From Octopus bimaculoides (Eukaryota): 64,000 nt of DNA. Shown here one piece after another: positions 38,200-51,410 of the stretch (position 1 is its first letter; every line of letters begins with the position of its first letter). Made by a program: the position numbers and the translations under genes. The DNA lies in contig NC_068990.1 of the NCBI RefSeq assembly GCF_001194135.2, positions 25,392,287 through 25,456,286 of the forward strand, written 5' to 3'. The notes under the pieces were generated by a model. The model had not been told where the DNA came from, did not search any database, and saw only the letters and a program-made list of their open reading frames with translations.

Positions 38200-38980
38200 T
38201 TTATTGTTCTGATAAATCAAATTTGCTAATTCTCCTTGGAGAGAGATCTGTCTCAGCTCTTATTTCATGCTTCTCCACAAGTCCATTATCTATCCTAATA
38301 ATGTTGTTTACGTGCACGCCAACTTGGGCAAGGTTGTTACTGTTTATCTTTCCCCTACTGCAGATTATTCTCCAGTATAACAATAGGTACTTCATATGAT
38401 AACAGTGTATATTTAAGACCACAGCCAACATTGGTGCGTGTTTCGCCTGTCTTCATCTCTAGTGAATTTGAGCTCCTTGCAAGTTCGTACGTCTATTTCA
38501 TTGAGCTCTTGAATCTAGGTAAAAAAAAAAGTAACAAGAAAAAAGCCACAGAGGTTTTGTCCGGGGCGGGGGTCCGAGGGGGTTTTGTCCGGATCCCATA
38601 AATTAATTGTGACTATATTACCGGCCACCATAAATTAATTGACTTTAATCCCTGTGACTTTTATTCTTAGCCATAATTGTGACTTTATTACTGTGGCTTT
38701 TATTACCGGTCACCATGACGACAGTGTATATTTAAGACCACAGCCAACATCGGTGCGTGTTTCGCCTGTCTTCATCTCCAGTGAATTTGAGCACCTTGCG
38801 AGTTCGTACGTCTATCTCGTTGAGCTCTTGCCAGTGACTATTTTGGAAGGCCAAACGTGGGCGTGAGAACAGGCACAGCAAAGGTGTTGTGAGCAATAGG
38901 TTTATTATAAGCTGAGAATTCAGACGATGATATATTTCCAACTCCTCCTCTTGAGTTACTCATTCCTCATCCTCTCCAAG
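38200..38980 (-). mobile_element. R4/Dong-like LINE internal fragment with a duplicated ~120-bp block
   Basis: Minus-strand WQELNEIDVRTRKVL..TG and GCGLK...YE, NLAQVGVHVNNIIRI, resembling the post-RT region (W..EL..ID.KTRK.L...GGRGL); 38396-38518 duplicates 38715-38835. Confidence 0.55.
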
Positions 38981-39295
38981 ATATTTGTGCGTGCGTATGT
39001 ATGTATGTATATATATATGTATGTATATATGTATGTATGTATGTATGTGTGTGTATGTATGTATGTTTGCAAGTACGTGTGCATACATAATAAATGTTTG
39101 CATGTATGTGTGTATGTATGCATGACATACGTTTACGCGCGCGCACGCACACACGCATATACCAATGGGTACATGTATGCACATGCATGCATACATACAT
39201 CATATATCCAGTACATACACACACACACACACACAAGTTGCGTAAATATTTTACTTGTCAAAACTCTTTTACGTATTATCTCATATTGATAAAAT

Positions 39296-40007
39296 ATTTG
39301 GTAAATATGAAGAATCTTTTCCAACGACAAATTAAGAAGAAAAACAGTTTTCTAGGGTAAAATGGACGTTAAGTCTATTCCGAATCATGTAAAATGGACA
39401 TCAAGTCTTTTCCGATTCATGTAAAATGGACGTGAAGTCTATTCCGAATCATTTAAAATGGACATCAAGTCTTTTCCGATTCATGTAAAATGGACGTTAA
39501 GTCTATTCCGAATCATGTAAAATGGACGTTAAGTCTATTCCGAATCATTTAAAATGGACATCAAGTCTTTTCCGATTCATGTAAAATGGACGTGAAGTCT
39601 ATTCCGAATCATGCTGGATGTCTCCATCGCTTTCTTACAGAGAGCGGCAAACTTTATCCGAGACCCTCTTAAAAATGTGGATATATTTGAAACGGTAAGC
39701 TTGCTCTATGTTTTATTGACTTTTTTGTAATATATACGTTTATTTTACAGTAGAACGTTGGGCGAAGGTAAAGCGCGTGCACACTGGTTAGGGGTAGTTT
39801 TAGGCTTAGTTTTTGGGTTAGAGTTAGGTGGTGTGCACACGTTTTACCTTCGTCCGTAACCCTCATAAAAATGCGAATATCTCTGAAACGGTTAGTTTTC
39901 CCTAATTTTTATCATTTTTCGTCATCTACACGTCCATTTTACCCCAGAAAACGTTTGTCTTTTTTCTTTAATTTGTCGTTGGGAAAGATTCACCATATTT
40001 ACCAAAT
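39296..40007. mobile_element. Foldback/MITE-like element with ~75-bp TIRs, internal 32-bp minisatellite and 25-bp hairpin
   Basis: 39296-39369 pairs with 39930-40007; 8 x 32-bp units 39359-39613; hairpin arms 39760-39784 / 39831-39855. Confidence 0.8.
39359..39613 (+). repeat. 32-bp minisatellite, 8 units, two alternating variants
   Basis: aaaatggacgt(t/g)aagtctattccgaatcat(g/t)t and aaaatggacatcaagtcttttccgattcatgt. Confidence 0.97.
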
Positions 40008-40726
40008 TGGCAATATTAATTTATTAATGCCTACTGTATACCCTGATTATTTACTCGCCTTGCGTGCTTGTGTGACTTTGTGCTTGTGTATCAATATATG
40101 TGTGTATGTTTGGATGTATGTATGAGTAATAATGTATAAATAATAATGGGTACTCTTCTGTTATCGACAGTCAATTTTTCGTTTACTAAAGAATTATGTA
40201 GCAAATAGAATTTACACTCCTTTGTCGACAGTAGGAAAATACCTCTGTGTGTGTGTATGCATGTATGTATATTTTGCGCGCAAAATTTGTGTATTTATTT
40301 ATATATCTATATGTTTATGAGCGTGTGTATTTGTATGTATATGTAATATTTATGAATATGTTTAAGTAAATAAAAAAACGCCTAAAAACGTCAAAAGGCC
40401 TGTTGATCTCTCCACACGCAGAGAACACTCAACTATCAATTTACTAAACGTTATCCGATAAAACTGCAGGATAGTAACGAATCTATATAAAGAACCCTTG
40501 ACAAACTGGTGTTATCTTATCCTTTACTCCTTCACTTCATCTCTTTACACCCTTTAAACTCCCACTCCTTGTTTAATATCAACAAAATTCCAGTTTCCTT
40601 CAAGGAGTACTCTCATTCTCATTTTCTCTCTCCTTCTCTTTCCCCTACTTATACGTGTATGTGTGTGTGTATATAGAGAAAGATTTTATGCGCGCGCCTA
40701 CACACACACACACACACACACAGCAC

Positions 40727-40888
40727 AAGGGGTGCTGTAAAGTTCCTGGTTTTAAGGGCTTAGAAAAACTGAAGGACCGCAGTAATAAGTGTGTGAATTT
40801 GGTAGGGGAATATTTTGAACAAAATCATAATTGACTCATCCTTCTGTATTTTCTTTTACTCAAAGCCAGGAACTTTTCAGCACCTCCT
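40727..40888 (+). mobile_element. mariner-derived MITE (deletion derivative)
   Basis: TIR aggggtgctgtaaagttcctggttt / aaagccaggaacttttcagcacctcct; interior retains the transposase end (RSNKCV...G.YFE). Confidence 0.8.
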
Positions 40889-42019
40889 CTTCTCCCGGGC
40901 ATAATGTTAATATTTTTACTGACATTCCCTTTTTCTGTATAAAGCACGGACATAAAGTCGGGGGTACTATTTTTAATATACGTGGGTATATTCATGTTTC
41001 TCGTAGTTTTTTCAGTACTATTTGGTTATCTCACGCCCATTAAAAAATTGCCATTAAAATATTGAATTAAAAGAGATCCTTTTGATTCAATATTTCAACA
41101 CATTGTTGACGTTTGACCTTCTCAATAGGAATGGCATGATTTGTTATAAAAATATTATCAGATTCAATAAGATATTTAATCTTTTCACTTTTTATGTTTA
41201 TTAATTTTTTTTTTTATTGAGGGTAAAACAATTTTTTTAGTTGGGGGAGACAACCCAAATTTTTAATGGGGGTGAGATATCCACAAAGTACCGTTTTTCC
41301 TTCTGTTATAAGTCCTTACGCTGAATGCAAAGGTGTGAGTAGTAAAAGTTGTGTGGTGAATTCTGTAAAACCTGCAAAAGGTAAGGTCTTTGTTTTTATA
41401 CAAATTAACTCTCAGAATTTTATACGGGATCGTCTTTGCGAGGTCGAGTCCGTGTTCCACTGCTGCACGGGATTTTCATTAATGATTTGACTTACATCAT
41501 TCATATTATCCTTCTAACAAACTTGGACGTCCACTTCTTTCATCATATCTACAACCAGTTCGTTTAAATTCGCTCACTAAGTTTTAGATATTGTCTTATC
41601 TACCTGGACTGCTTAGCTGAATTTCATATCAAGCCTATTTCTGATACCTTTGTATTTCTCTTCCTAGATTCACCAGATAACTGTTGCTACTCTGTGTTCG
41701 TTCAAAAGGGTTTACGAAAGAAAAATAGAGATATGAAGCCTTTTTTGTTTTGTTTTGTTCTTTAAATAAAACAGTGCTTGAATTTATGATCACCCTGTAG
41801 ATTAAGCACATACTCGTCTATGTAGACAAGTGCATGCACTCATTCAATCACGCGCGCATGCGTACACACACTTAATCTATTGCCACACTAACCACTACAT
41901 TAATCCAAGGGATCCACAAAAGGAAACTATATAAATTTAGCTATTGTTATTGAAAACGTATCTGACTATATTCAACCTGTATGTTGATAGTTTCTAAGTT
42001 TTTCTGAGTAAAATATGCT

Positions 42020-42290
42020 TCACTGGCAGAAGATGGGAGGGTCTAATATGATTCAAACATGCCTGTTATTTCCACTAGTTAAAGACCAAATCTACTCTGA
42101 GCTTCATTGTTTTTTTAATATATTGATTAACTTTTAATGAAATTTTACAGAAACACCTTTCAAACAGCATAGATTACGATTATAAAGAAATTTGTGGGGA
42201 AAATGTTTTCCGAAGGGATGGGGAGAGGACTTCGGAAAGTTCACACGATCCGTTTTTTCCCCCCTCATAGCTTTCAGGATCTAATCACCA
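42020..42290 (-). mobile_element. Repeat homologous to ~12255-12540 (segment inside the hAT element)
   Basis: Reverse complement shares acaaatttcttt.taatc.taatct and gaaag.tatgagggggaaaa...tgtgaa.ttt.cgaa..cctctc with 12385-12540. Confidence 0.6.
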
Positions 42291-42354
42291 AAACGAAAGA
42301 AAAAAAAGAAGAACAGTCCACCCAGCTAGCAAAAATGAGTTGTTGAGTTGTACT

Positions 42355-42527
42355 TATAATTCAAAGGGCCAGCCATGTCACACTCTGTATCACGCTGAAT
42401 CTCCCTGAGAATTACCTTAAGGGTACGCATGTCTGTGGATTGCTTGGTCACTTACACGTTAATTTCACGAGCAGGCTGTTTTGTTGATTTGATCAACCTC
42501 GTCGTCGTAATCGACGGAGTGCCAGTT
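42355..42527 (+). mobile_element. SINE family D, 3' part
   Basis: taattcaaagggccagcc...cacgttaatttcacgagcaggctgtt...cgacggagtgcca, matching 58400-58562. Confidence 0.8.
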
Positions 42528-43257
42528 ATTCGAGTAAGAGCCTTACTTCAGGTTTTTAGCGAATCAGCAGTTATTGAGAACCTAAGTATTTTTGTGGTCC
42601 TGATATAGTTTTTAGGATTGTTTACCATGAAGAAAGATTTTCATTGACATATATTAGGGACCAGTCACATGCGTTCTCCCACAATATTGATATATTTTGA
42701 TAGGATATAGGACCGGGATTTTGTAAATGTGATAGCATGATTTAGTCGATAGAATCGACAAGGCGATATTGCTGGTTGAAATTATATCGAACCAGAATCT
42801 CAAAATTTGAATCAACTTTAGCTAGACCATATAGAAACAACACTGTAATGCATTATTTAATCCAGTGATTTACTGTTGTTTAGCCCGAGGTCAGCTCTGA
42901 TAGGATGACTTAGTCGTAACCTTTCCCTATCAGGAACGACACAATTTAATCTGTGATTCTTGAAGACAGTCAAAAACCTTAGCCGTCACTTGCAAACGAG
43001 TATGGCCAGCTAACTTGTGCCATTGTTTCCCTAATTGATTCAGGTGCCTATCTAGTCATGAGCAGATATAGGCAGCTTCTCAACCCGTCCACCCATTGAT
43101 CCGGCGGGACATTGAGGACATGATGCGAAGATACAACTCACGACTTCAGGATCGCAAGCATTTTATAATAGGTCACTCACCTTCACAAGACTAAGGAAAT
43201 GATTCAATACAGCTATTAATTTACAGCTATTAATTCTATTATTGTATGATATATGCA

Positions 43258-43920
43258 TGTAGTGAAACTACCTCTCTCATGGTTATATATTAACAAATGC
43301 GAGCGTAGCAGAGAACAACTCTTTCCCGCCTGCTGTGTCATCACCTGACTGACTATTATTTGAGCGGCAATTGTCTCCAGTCCGTTTCGCGCCAGGACGC
43401 AAACCGACCAACCGTAGCCACTAATAAGGTCACGTGAGAGAGTGTTTTTCTGATGGTCTCTGGAGCCTCTCTTGTACCTATGAATAGCCTAAATTATCCG
43501 CGCCAGTTTGTCGCGACTACAGATCCTCACAGATCTGGTCGTTGACCACACGCGTAACACAGCCAGCCAGTTTTCCAGCGACGACATCAACAGCATCGTT
43601 CAACTACGTACTACCCAACGTCGCCAGCGTCAACATGACTTCTCCACGTACACAAGCAACCGCAGCTTCTCTTATCAACCCTGTTTGTGTGAATCGCCTC
43701 ACCACGAAATTAACAGCCAGAACTCAACCTGCGAAGAACATCTGTATCAAGAATCCGGCCCGGCATCGAAGCCTCAACCGCACGACAAGTGACTTAGCTC
43801 TGCCTCAACCATAACCTCTTATATACAAACCTACAAATCTACTGTGTACCTTAACAGAACTGGTATCTTATTATCCTGTGTTACAGACTCTTACTATGCT
43901 TTGTATCTCTTGCATTCACA
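43258..43920. mobile_element. Possible solo LTR
   Basis: GC/CpG-richer unique block bounded by TGTAGTG ... TCACA (TG..CA); no TSD, PBS or PPT found. Confidence 0.35.
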
Positions 43921-44239
43921 TACATATATTTGTATACACACTCTTTTGTTTACATGACGGTCTGTCTTATATTGTGTTTTAATATGTCGCATTCACACTC
44001 ACACACAGACATACAGTTTAATGCTCCAATAAATCTTACTGTTATACATTTTTATCGGTTGAGTCAATATCGTCTTCCTTACTGGCATTCCTTCGCATTC
44101 CACATGCGAATTCTCTATGTTATAGTATTATAACATATTCATCATTATATTTTGTGTCGACCGTGTGACGCGTTAAAAAAGGAGCCTGTTTTCCATTCGT
44201 CACCATTTCTCCTTTGGTTCGCAGGGTCGTTCTTACATG

Positions 44240-44297
44240 CACTAGCGTAGCTCGAAGGGGTCCGCCGCGGGCGGCACACACTCTAGCTACGCTAGTA
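44240..44297. mobile_element. 58-bp hAT-type mini-element
   Basis: 12-bp perfect IR actagcgtagct/agctacgctagt; degenerate 8-bp TSD cttacatg/ggtacatg. Confidence 0.65.
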
Positions 44298-45762
44298 GGT
44301 ACATGCATGTGTGTATGTATACATATGCAATGCACTTATATGTATGTGTAATTTCTCTTTCATAGCTATGCAACACCCTTCTTTAAGACGACACTGATTT
44401 GAATGAAATTTGACTGCTATTTCTAACAGGTTGGACGACAGCGTGGAGGCTAGTGCTCCTATGTTGGCTCAAAAATATTGTTTCCGAGGCAGGTTGGTTT
44501 TTAATTCCTAAATAGTCTGAAAATATTTAACGTGATCAAACACTCGTAATCCAACAAATCGGAAGGTAAAGAAATAAATAAAAAGTAAATAAACTCCTTC
44601 ATTTAAGATTAAAATTTGGAATTGCAGTCCAACAATATCTATTTGTATAAACGCTCGCAGGCTTTATCAACTTGGTAGAAATTCTAAATAAATATATTAA
44701 GTCTTCATGAATGTTTACCTAGAAACTATTTGGCGTGAGAGTCGTGACTGTATGAATTTCAAAGAGCAGACGATAGCTAAAAAGGAAACCATTTTTATTT
44801 CGTTTCAAATCAAGTTAAGTTTGTGTAAACGTTAAATAAAATAACTGATACGATCTGACACTTATTCTCCTGTTGAGGCTTAACCATCTATCCTTCGAGT
44901 ACCTATACGCCTGGGGCTGAAATAAAACACCCTACAAGATAGCTCCAGTGTCGTAAATAAATAACATTTTTACGTCTTTTGCTTGCGTTTTATTTGTTTT
45001 ATATTTACTGTCCATGTATGTGTGTATGCATGCATTATATATGTGTATGTACATATGTATGTTGGCATACATATGTGTAGGTGTTACATATGGGTGACGC
45101 ATTCATGTTTGTACGTACATTTTTCTGATGTATGTATGTTGATATATATATATATATATANNNNNNNNNNNNNNNNNNNNNNNNNNNNNNNNNNNNNNNN
45201 NNNNNNNNNNNNNNNNNNNNNNNNNNNNNNNNNNNNNNNNNNNNNNNNNNNNNNNNNNNNNNNNNNNNNNNNNNNNNNNNNNNNNNNNNNNNNNNNNNNN
45301 NNNNNNNNNNNNNNNNNNNNNNNNNNNNNNNNNNNNNNNNNNNNNNNNNNNNNNNNNNNNNNNNNNNNNNNNNNNNNNNNNNNNNNNNNNNNNNNNNNNN
45401 NNNNNNNNNNNNNNNNNNNNNNNNNNNNNNNNNNNNNNNNNNNNNNNNNNNNNNNNNNNNNNNNNNNNNNNNNNNNNNNNNNNNNNNNNNNNNNNNNNNN
45501 NNNNNNNNNNNNNNNNNNNNNNNNNNNNNNNNNNNNNNNNNNNNNNNNNNNNNNNNNNNNNNNNNNNNNNNNNNNNNNNNNNNNNNNNNNNNNNNNNNNN
45601 NNNNNNNNNNNNNNNNNNNNNNNNNNNNNNNNNNNNNNNNNNNNNNNNNNNNNNNNNNNNNNNNNNNNNNNNNNNNNNNNNNNNNNNNNNNNNNNNNNNN
45701 NNNNNNNNNNNNNNNNNNNNNNNNNNNNNNNNNNNNNNNNNNNNNNNNNNNNNNNNNNNNNN

Positions 45763-46140
45763 CACAACTTTCGTTTTGAAGAGCTTGGATTTAGGGAAGG
45801 TTTTCGGTGCTTCATTTTGGTCCAACCACTGCGAAGAATGTTTTTATTATTGTACAGAATCCACTTTTTATCGCAAGTTACAATACGGTCGAGAAACGGA
45901 TCGGTCTGGTTACGGAGAAGAAGCGACAAGCAAATTTCATATCTGCGCATTTTCTGATTTTCATTCAAATCGTGTGGTACCCATTTGTCGAGTCTTTTTG
46001 ATTTTCCGATCGCATGCAAATGATTGCAGGCAGTTTTCTGGCTAACTTGAAGTTCTTTTGCCCGTTCTCAAGTGGTTTTACGTGGGTCTTTCTCAATGAC
46101 GGTCTCTAATTGACTGTCATCGATAACAAATGGGCGTTTT
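45763..46140 (-). pseudogene. mariner transposase fragment (Hsmar1/cecropia-mellifera-like), continues into a gap
   Basis: RPFVIDDSQLETVIEKDPRKTT*ERAKELQVSQKTACNHLHAIGKSKRLDKWVPHDLNENQKMRRYEICLSLLLRNQTDPFLDRIVTCDKKWILY (WVPHEL linker, first catalytic D region). Confidence 0.92.
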
Positions 46141-46499
46141 TAAGCACAACACACGCGGAATCAAAAAGAAACATTACCTTTCACCGTAACACCGGGGTCG
46201 GCACTGTCGTTCACGGAGTGCTATCTCTCTCTAGTGTGAAGCTTCCTATCTCGAACATGTGAGCATACGCACTACAGCCAAACACCACATCGCAGGAACT
46301 GTGAAGCGCACAGTTCTACACAAGGATTTTTGTATTTTTTTCATAAACTAGGGGATGGCTATTGACATTAAGCTTTAGGATTATATAATGTACAAGTATA
46401 AAGAAAGAATTAAAGAAAAAAAAGGGCTTACTATATTGAATATTATCGATAATATCGAATGGAAATGGGGGGTGTTGCAGTTCCGCAGTGCCTATACAC

Positions 46500-46775
46500 G
46501 AGCCACCACTGGTCGTACGCAGTGTTTCGAGTAGCACGGGCGCTTCAAAAGCGGAAAAACCTACATGGAAGACGTTGAGCAATCTGGAAGACCTGCAACG
46601 AGCGTCACTCCCGGAAATATGGTAATGTGCATCGCTAATTTGTCCCCCAGGCACAGACCGTCAATTGAGAGTTCTACTGCGACGTTTTGAAGCATTTGAG
46701 AGAAGACATTTGGCGAAAGTAACCGGATCAGTGGAGTACGAAGAAGTGGGTTCTTTAGTATCACAAAATTGTTTA
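46500..46775 (+). pseudogene. Second mariner, internally deleted
   Basis: GRTQCFE*HGRFKSGKTYMEDVEQSGRPATSVTP joined to TVN*EFYCDVLKHLREDIWRK*PDQWSTKKWVL. Confidence 0.85.
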
Positions 46776-46814
46776 CAATGAAATATTCTGTGTGAATTTA
46801 AGGAGAGTTTAAGT

Positions 46815-47190
46815 TTCTGGTTGGAAGCCCCCACGTTTCCTGTCCTCAAATTGCCCGGTTTAAGAGTTTCCAACGGGAAGATCACTGGACACTCTACAAT
46901 TATGTTATGGTACTAACCAGCATGTTACAGGGAGTGTTTAAGAACTCAAAGGTGCTGAAAACATGCCCACAAAGAAGGTGGAGATGACTCACTAGTTTTC
47001 AGATGTTTGAGCGATCTCCCTGGTGTACACATCTCTAGCCTCTAATCACTGCGAAAGGTTGAAAGATACTGAAAATTATTTGAAACGAAGGTTCTGGAGG
47101 AAACGTTACAAGATATTGTGACGTGATAATGACTGCATGCAAGAAGTAAAAATACTTTGGATGAGACGAATGATTTTCAATTTCACATTC
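46815..47190 (+). repeat. Unclassified ~370-bp dispersed repeat, copy 1; copy 2 at ~49320-49690
   Basis: Shared ggaagatcactggacac, gtttaagaactcaaaggtgct, taatcactgcgaaaggttgaaaga, gacgaatgatt; both end in (CA)n. Confidence 0.8.
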
Positions 47191-47501
47191 ACACACACAA
47201 ACGCACATGCACACATACATATGTATACATACACACGCATATATATCTATATATATAAACTCTCCATGCATCTTTCAAAAATGACAAGTTCATAAAAACC
47301 CTGAAGAAGTTCTACCTCATATAGTTAGAATATGACTTTTTTCTTAGCATTTAACCAAATGCTTAAAATTTCTAATTAACTAGGGGAAAGCACAGAAATA
47401 TTGTAGGTTTTTAAAATTCGTTTTGAACTTTACGACTTATAATCAATTTATTTGTAATGTTTTAAAAGAAATTTTTTAACATCTTTTAACATACAAATTT
47501 T

Positions 47502-47770
<269 letters not shown>

Positions 47771-47771
47771 A

Positions 47772-48549
47772 ATCTTTCATACATCCAAGATCATCAAAGA
47801 TCCTCTTCCATATTGAACAGTTGGAGGCAGGTAGTCTGGATCAAATGCTTCTTTTGGCTGTCTCCACACGTATACTCGGCCAGTGGTCGGAAATAAGGTA
47901 AAGGATGACTCGTCCGAGAAAATAACATTCTTCCACTGCTCTAGGGACCAATTCTGCAGGTTTTTACTCGTCTAAACGCTTTGCAACGTTTCTTTTTGAA
48001 AGTGGTGGTTTTCTGATTGCAGCATCCCCCCCCCCCCGTGAAATCGGGGTTTGTGCAGCTCCCGGCGAACATATTTTGTGGTAACTTGGTTCTTGAGGTG
48101 GTCATTAAACTCTGTAGTAATTTTGGGAGCTGTACCTTTGTGATCGTTTCTAACAATTCAAGTAAGAGTCGTCCGACGGTCCCTATCTGAAAGTTTTGGT
48201 TTTCTTCTGGAGTTTGGTTTCGACGACGAGGCTTTTCTCTTTTTCTCACTGGCTGTCATTACTTTCAAGACAGTACTTCTTGATACACCCAACATTTCAG
48301 CTATTTTCGTTACGCTAGCGCCTGCCATACAAGCACCAACAATTTGACCCCTTTGAAAGTCCGATAGCTCTGTCATTTTAATTAATTTTAATTACCTTTT
48401 TTAAAACAGCTATTTTAGCGAAACATATTAAGCAACACTAATGATACATTAATGAACATAAAAATAAACAAGCTTTTGATGGTTTTATAGTTATTTCAAA
48501 ATTATGATGCTTTGATGCTAGGTGTTTCCATATTTTGTCCAACCCTGTG
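47772..48549 (-). mobile_element. Tc1-like transposon, 5' TIR plus N-terminal two-thirds of the transposase, degenerate
   Basis: TIR cagggttggacaaaatatggaaacacc next to TA; MTELSDFQRGQIVGACMAGASVTKIAEMLGVSRSTV...RKPKLSDRDRR...VRRELHK...AIRKP...WKNVIFSDESSFTLFPTTGRVYVWRQPKEAF. Confidence 0.92.
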
Positions 48550-48889
48550 TATATATATATATATATATATTTGGACTAAGTCTGTGCCCTAAGTTTTGTG
48601 AGAGACCTTAATTTCAAGCGACTTAGTCATTAATTTAGCAGCCAGTCATAGTTGATAAAAGACTAAGGAACACTAACAACGAAAACAGAAAGAGAAAAGA
48701 GATTAGTGACAGAAAGTGAAACAGAAACAATTGTATTCAATGACATTGTGCTTGACTGGGTGTCGCAGAATATAATGGTACCGACTCGTTTATGTATAAA
48801 CATAAAATCATACATAATTACGTACATACGTGCCTACGTATATATGTATTCGGAATGTGTGTGTGTGTGTGTGTGAGTGAAAAACATCG

Positions 48890-48929
<40 letters not shown>

Positions 48930-49772
48930 GGGGGGGGGAATGTCTGTGTGTGTGTGTGTAGGAGACTGACAAGACTACGTATGCAAACATACATTTATAT
49001 ACATAGTACTAGATTCATAAAGACTTGTTCAAAGATAAATGTGAACTTGTGAAGTTTATCAAATAACTCATGAAGAAACTATTTCAGTTTATTATAGATT
49101 TATCTTGAAAATATTATCAGACGTTTTAATAACGACAAACTTATGCTTTATTAAAATACTTACCAAGTGAATAATCATACTCTCTTGACATGTCTATGGA
49201 ATATATGTTGAGTAACCTTTATTTTTATTGCTATTTAATGTCACATTCTCTTAACAGTCACGCTGTTGTTTACAATAAAATATTCTGTGAATATATCGAT
49301 AGTAAAGTATGTATTTCCTCGTTGGAACCCCCAGGTTTTCTGTCCTGAAATTGCTTGGTTAAAAGTTCATACGGGTACAGGAAGATCACTGGACACCTTG
49401 TTATGGTACTAAACAGCATATTATGGAGGGCGTTTAAGAACTCAAAGGTGCTTAAAATATCCCTATAAATACCAAAAACACTTCACACTGGTCTTCATAT
49501 GTTTGGGCGATCTCCTTGGTGCATGCATTCTTGAGCCTTTAATCACTGCGAAAGGTTGAAAGAGACAGAAGTATTTGAAACGATGGCTCCGGAAGAAACG
49601 TTAAAAGATTATTATGACGTCATAATGGTAGTATGGAAGAATTAGAAGCTATTTGGACTAGACGAATGATTCTTAATTTTACACGCACACACACACAAAC
49701 GCATGCACACACGCACACACACAAACGCATGCACACACGCACACACACATACATATGTATGTGTATAGATAG

Positions 49773-49804
<32 letters not shown>

Positions 49805-49854
49805 ATAGATAGATAATATGCATGCATACATGTTCATTAATACTTGTATTAATA

Positions 49855-51345
49855 TAGAAAAAGGGATCTAAATTTGTGTGTGGAAATTACATAGGAATAA
49901 TCCTGCTTGAAGCGGTCGGTAAAGCTTTTGCTAAAACGCTTACTTAATAGGCTAAGAAAGTTGATAAACGTTTGTCTTCCCGGAAAGTCAAAGGGGCTTT
50001 CGATCAGGTCGTGGTACAATGACCATGACTTTTTTCTGTTCTTCAACTCCGGGAGAAATGCATCGAACATCATGTAGTTCTTTACTCGGCCTTTTTCAAT
50101 CGAACAAAAAACCTTCGACACTGTTAAGGAGACCGTTCTCCAGACCATCCCCAGCAAACTCGGTTGTCCACTTCAATTGGCAACTTGTTTAATCTCCTCC
50201 GTCGCTGTATGAAAGCTTGTTTAAACTCCTTGAAATCAATTTCCACAGATAACGGGGTTATCAAATAAGGTGATGTTCTTGCCCCAACCGTTTCATTTTT
50301 TTCTTCGTATATTTTATTGTAACTGTCTCGTACGCTTTCCAGGACTGCGACATCTGCATCTACATTCGCTTCGGAATCACAGGTAAGGTTTTTGAAGTAA
50401 CACGTCCCAACTCATCGAACACTTTCTAGGCCCTTGTTCGTGAATTCCTTTATACTGACAATGTAAATCTCGTTGCTCACATCGAAGAAGACATACATGC
50501 CATAATGAATGTACTGCTTTTGGACTTATTCCGCCTCCAGGTCAGCCCTCTGCCGAACCTAACATCTTTAATGGTACAAGGTTGGTTGTGGTTGACTCTT
50601 TCGTTTATCTCGGTAACACTCTCTCTCTAGAGATAGATCCCTTGATTCTGAAATAAATCTGAGGATCAAAAAAGCCAGCAAAACTTTGGTTGGCTCGAAA
50701 ATCATATGTAATTTAACAGAGACACCACCATCGAAACCAAGCTCATCTTCTCTGAATCGTGCATCTTAATTATCCTTTTTTATACTCTTCTGGGTCATAG
50801 ACGATATATTGTCGCATCAAAGCGTTGGAAAGATTCCATCAAACTTGCTCTAGCGTGAGCTTAAACATCAAATGGCAGTCTCTAACACCAGACACTATTG
50901 TTCTTCAGCAAGCCAACACATTCAGTCCTGAGATGTCCCTCATACGCAATCAGATGCTCCTTTCAGCTGGGTACCTTACTAGGATGGAGAAAGTTTACCT
51001 AAGCAGTTGTTTTATTGGGAGGGGGGGTTGCAACATAGTAAACGTCAGAGACATAAACCCAAGAAGGTTTCAGGAATGTCCTCAAAAGACAACCTTAAGG
51101 CTCTTAGTGTGGATGTTGAAGACTGGGAGCAGATGACAGACAATCGATCGGTTTGGAAAGAAGTGATCTACGATGGTTGTAAAACATTTGAAACATTCCA
51201 TCATGAAACGATCACTTCGTAAACAAGCCTTGATTTCAATCTCAGGCATTCTTCTGCCTGAAAATGTTTGTAACATCAGCAGTATAGAATTTGTTTTCCA
51301 GAGTTGAACTTGTCTGTCATTTGAGATCTCATAACGGCATTTACT
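49855..51345 (+). mobile_element. RTE-clade (BovB-like) LINE, degenerate RT to C-terminal zinc finger
   Basis: CGNYIGIILL..VGKAFAK; LPESQ.GFR.GRGT-like; EKC.E; KTFDTV; KLGCP; VLAPT; EFLYTDN (YADD site); FVYLG; LERFHQ; DNLK..; C..C/H..H remnant; many frameshifts. Confidence 0.88.
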
Positions 51346-51371
51346 AATTGAAGAAATGGCCTTCACAATCA

Positions 51372-51410
<39 letters not shown>

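Noticed and set aside
39359-39613. 32-bp array resembling a CRISPR repeat length
   Set aside because: Units are contiguous with no unique spacers, there are no cas genes, and the context is eukaryotic
39785-39830. Interstitial telomere
   Set aside because: Only a few degenerate ttaggg-like words inside a hairpin loop of a TIR element
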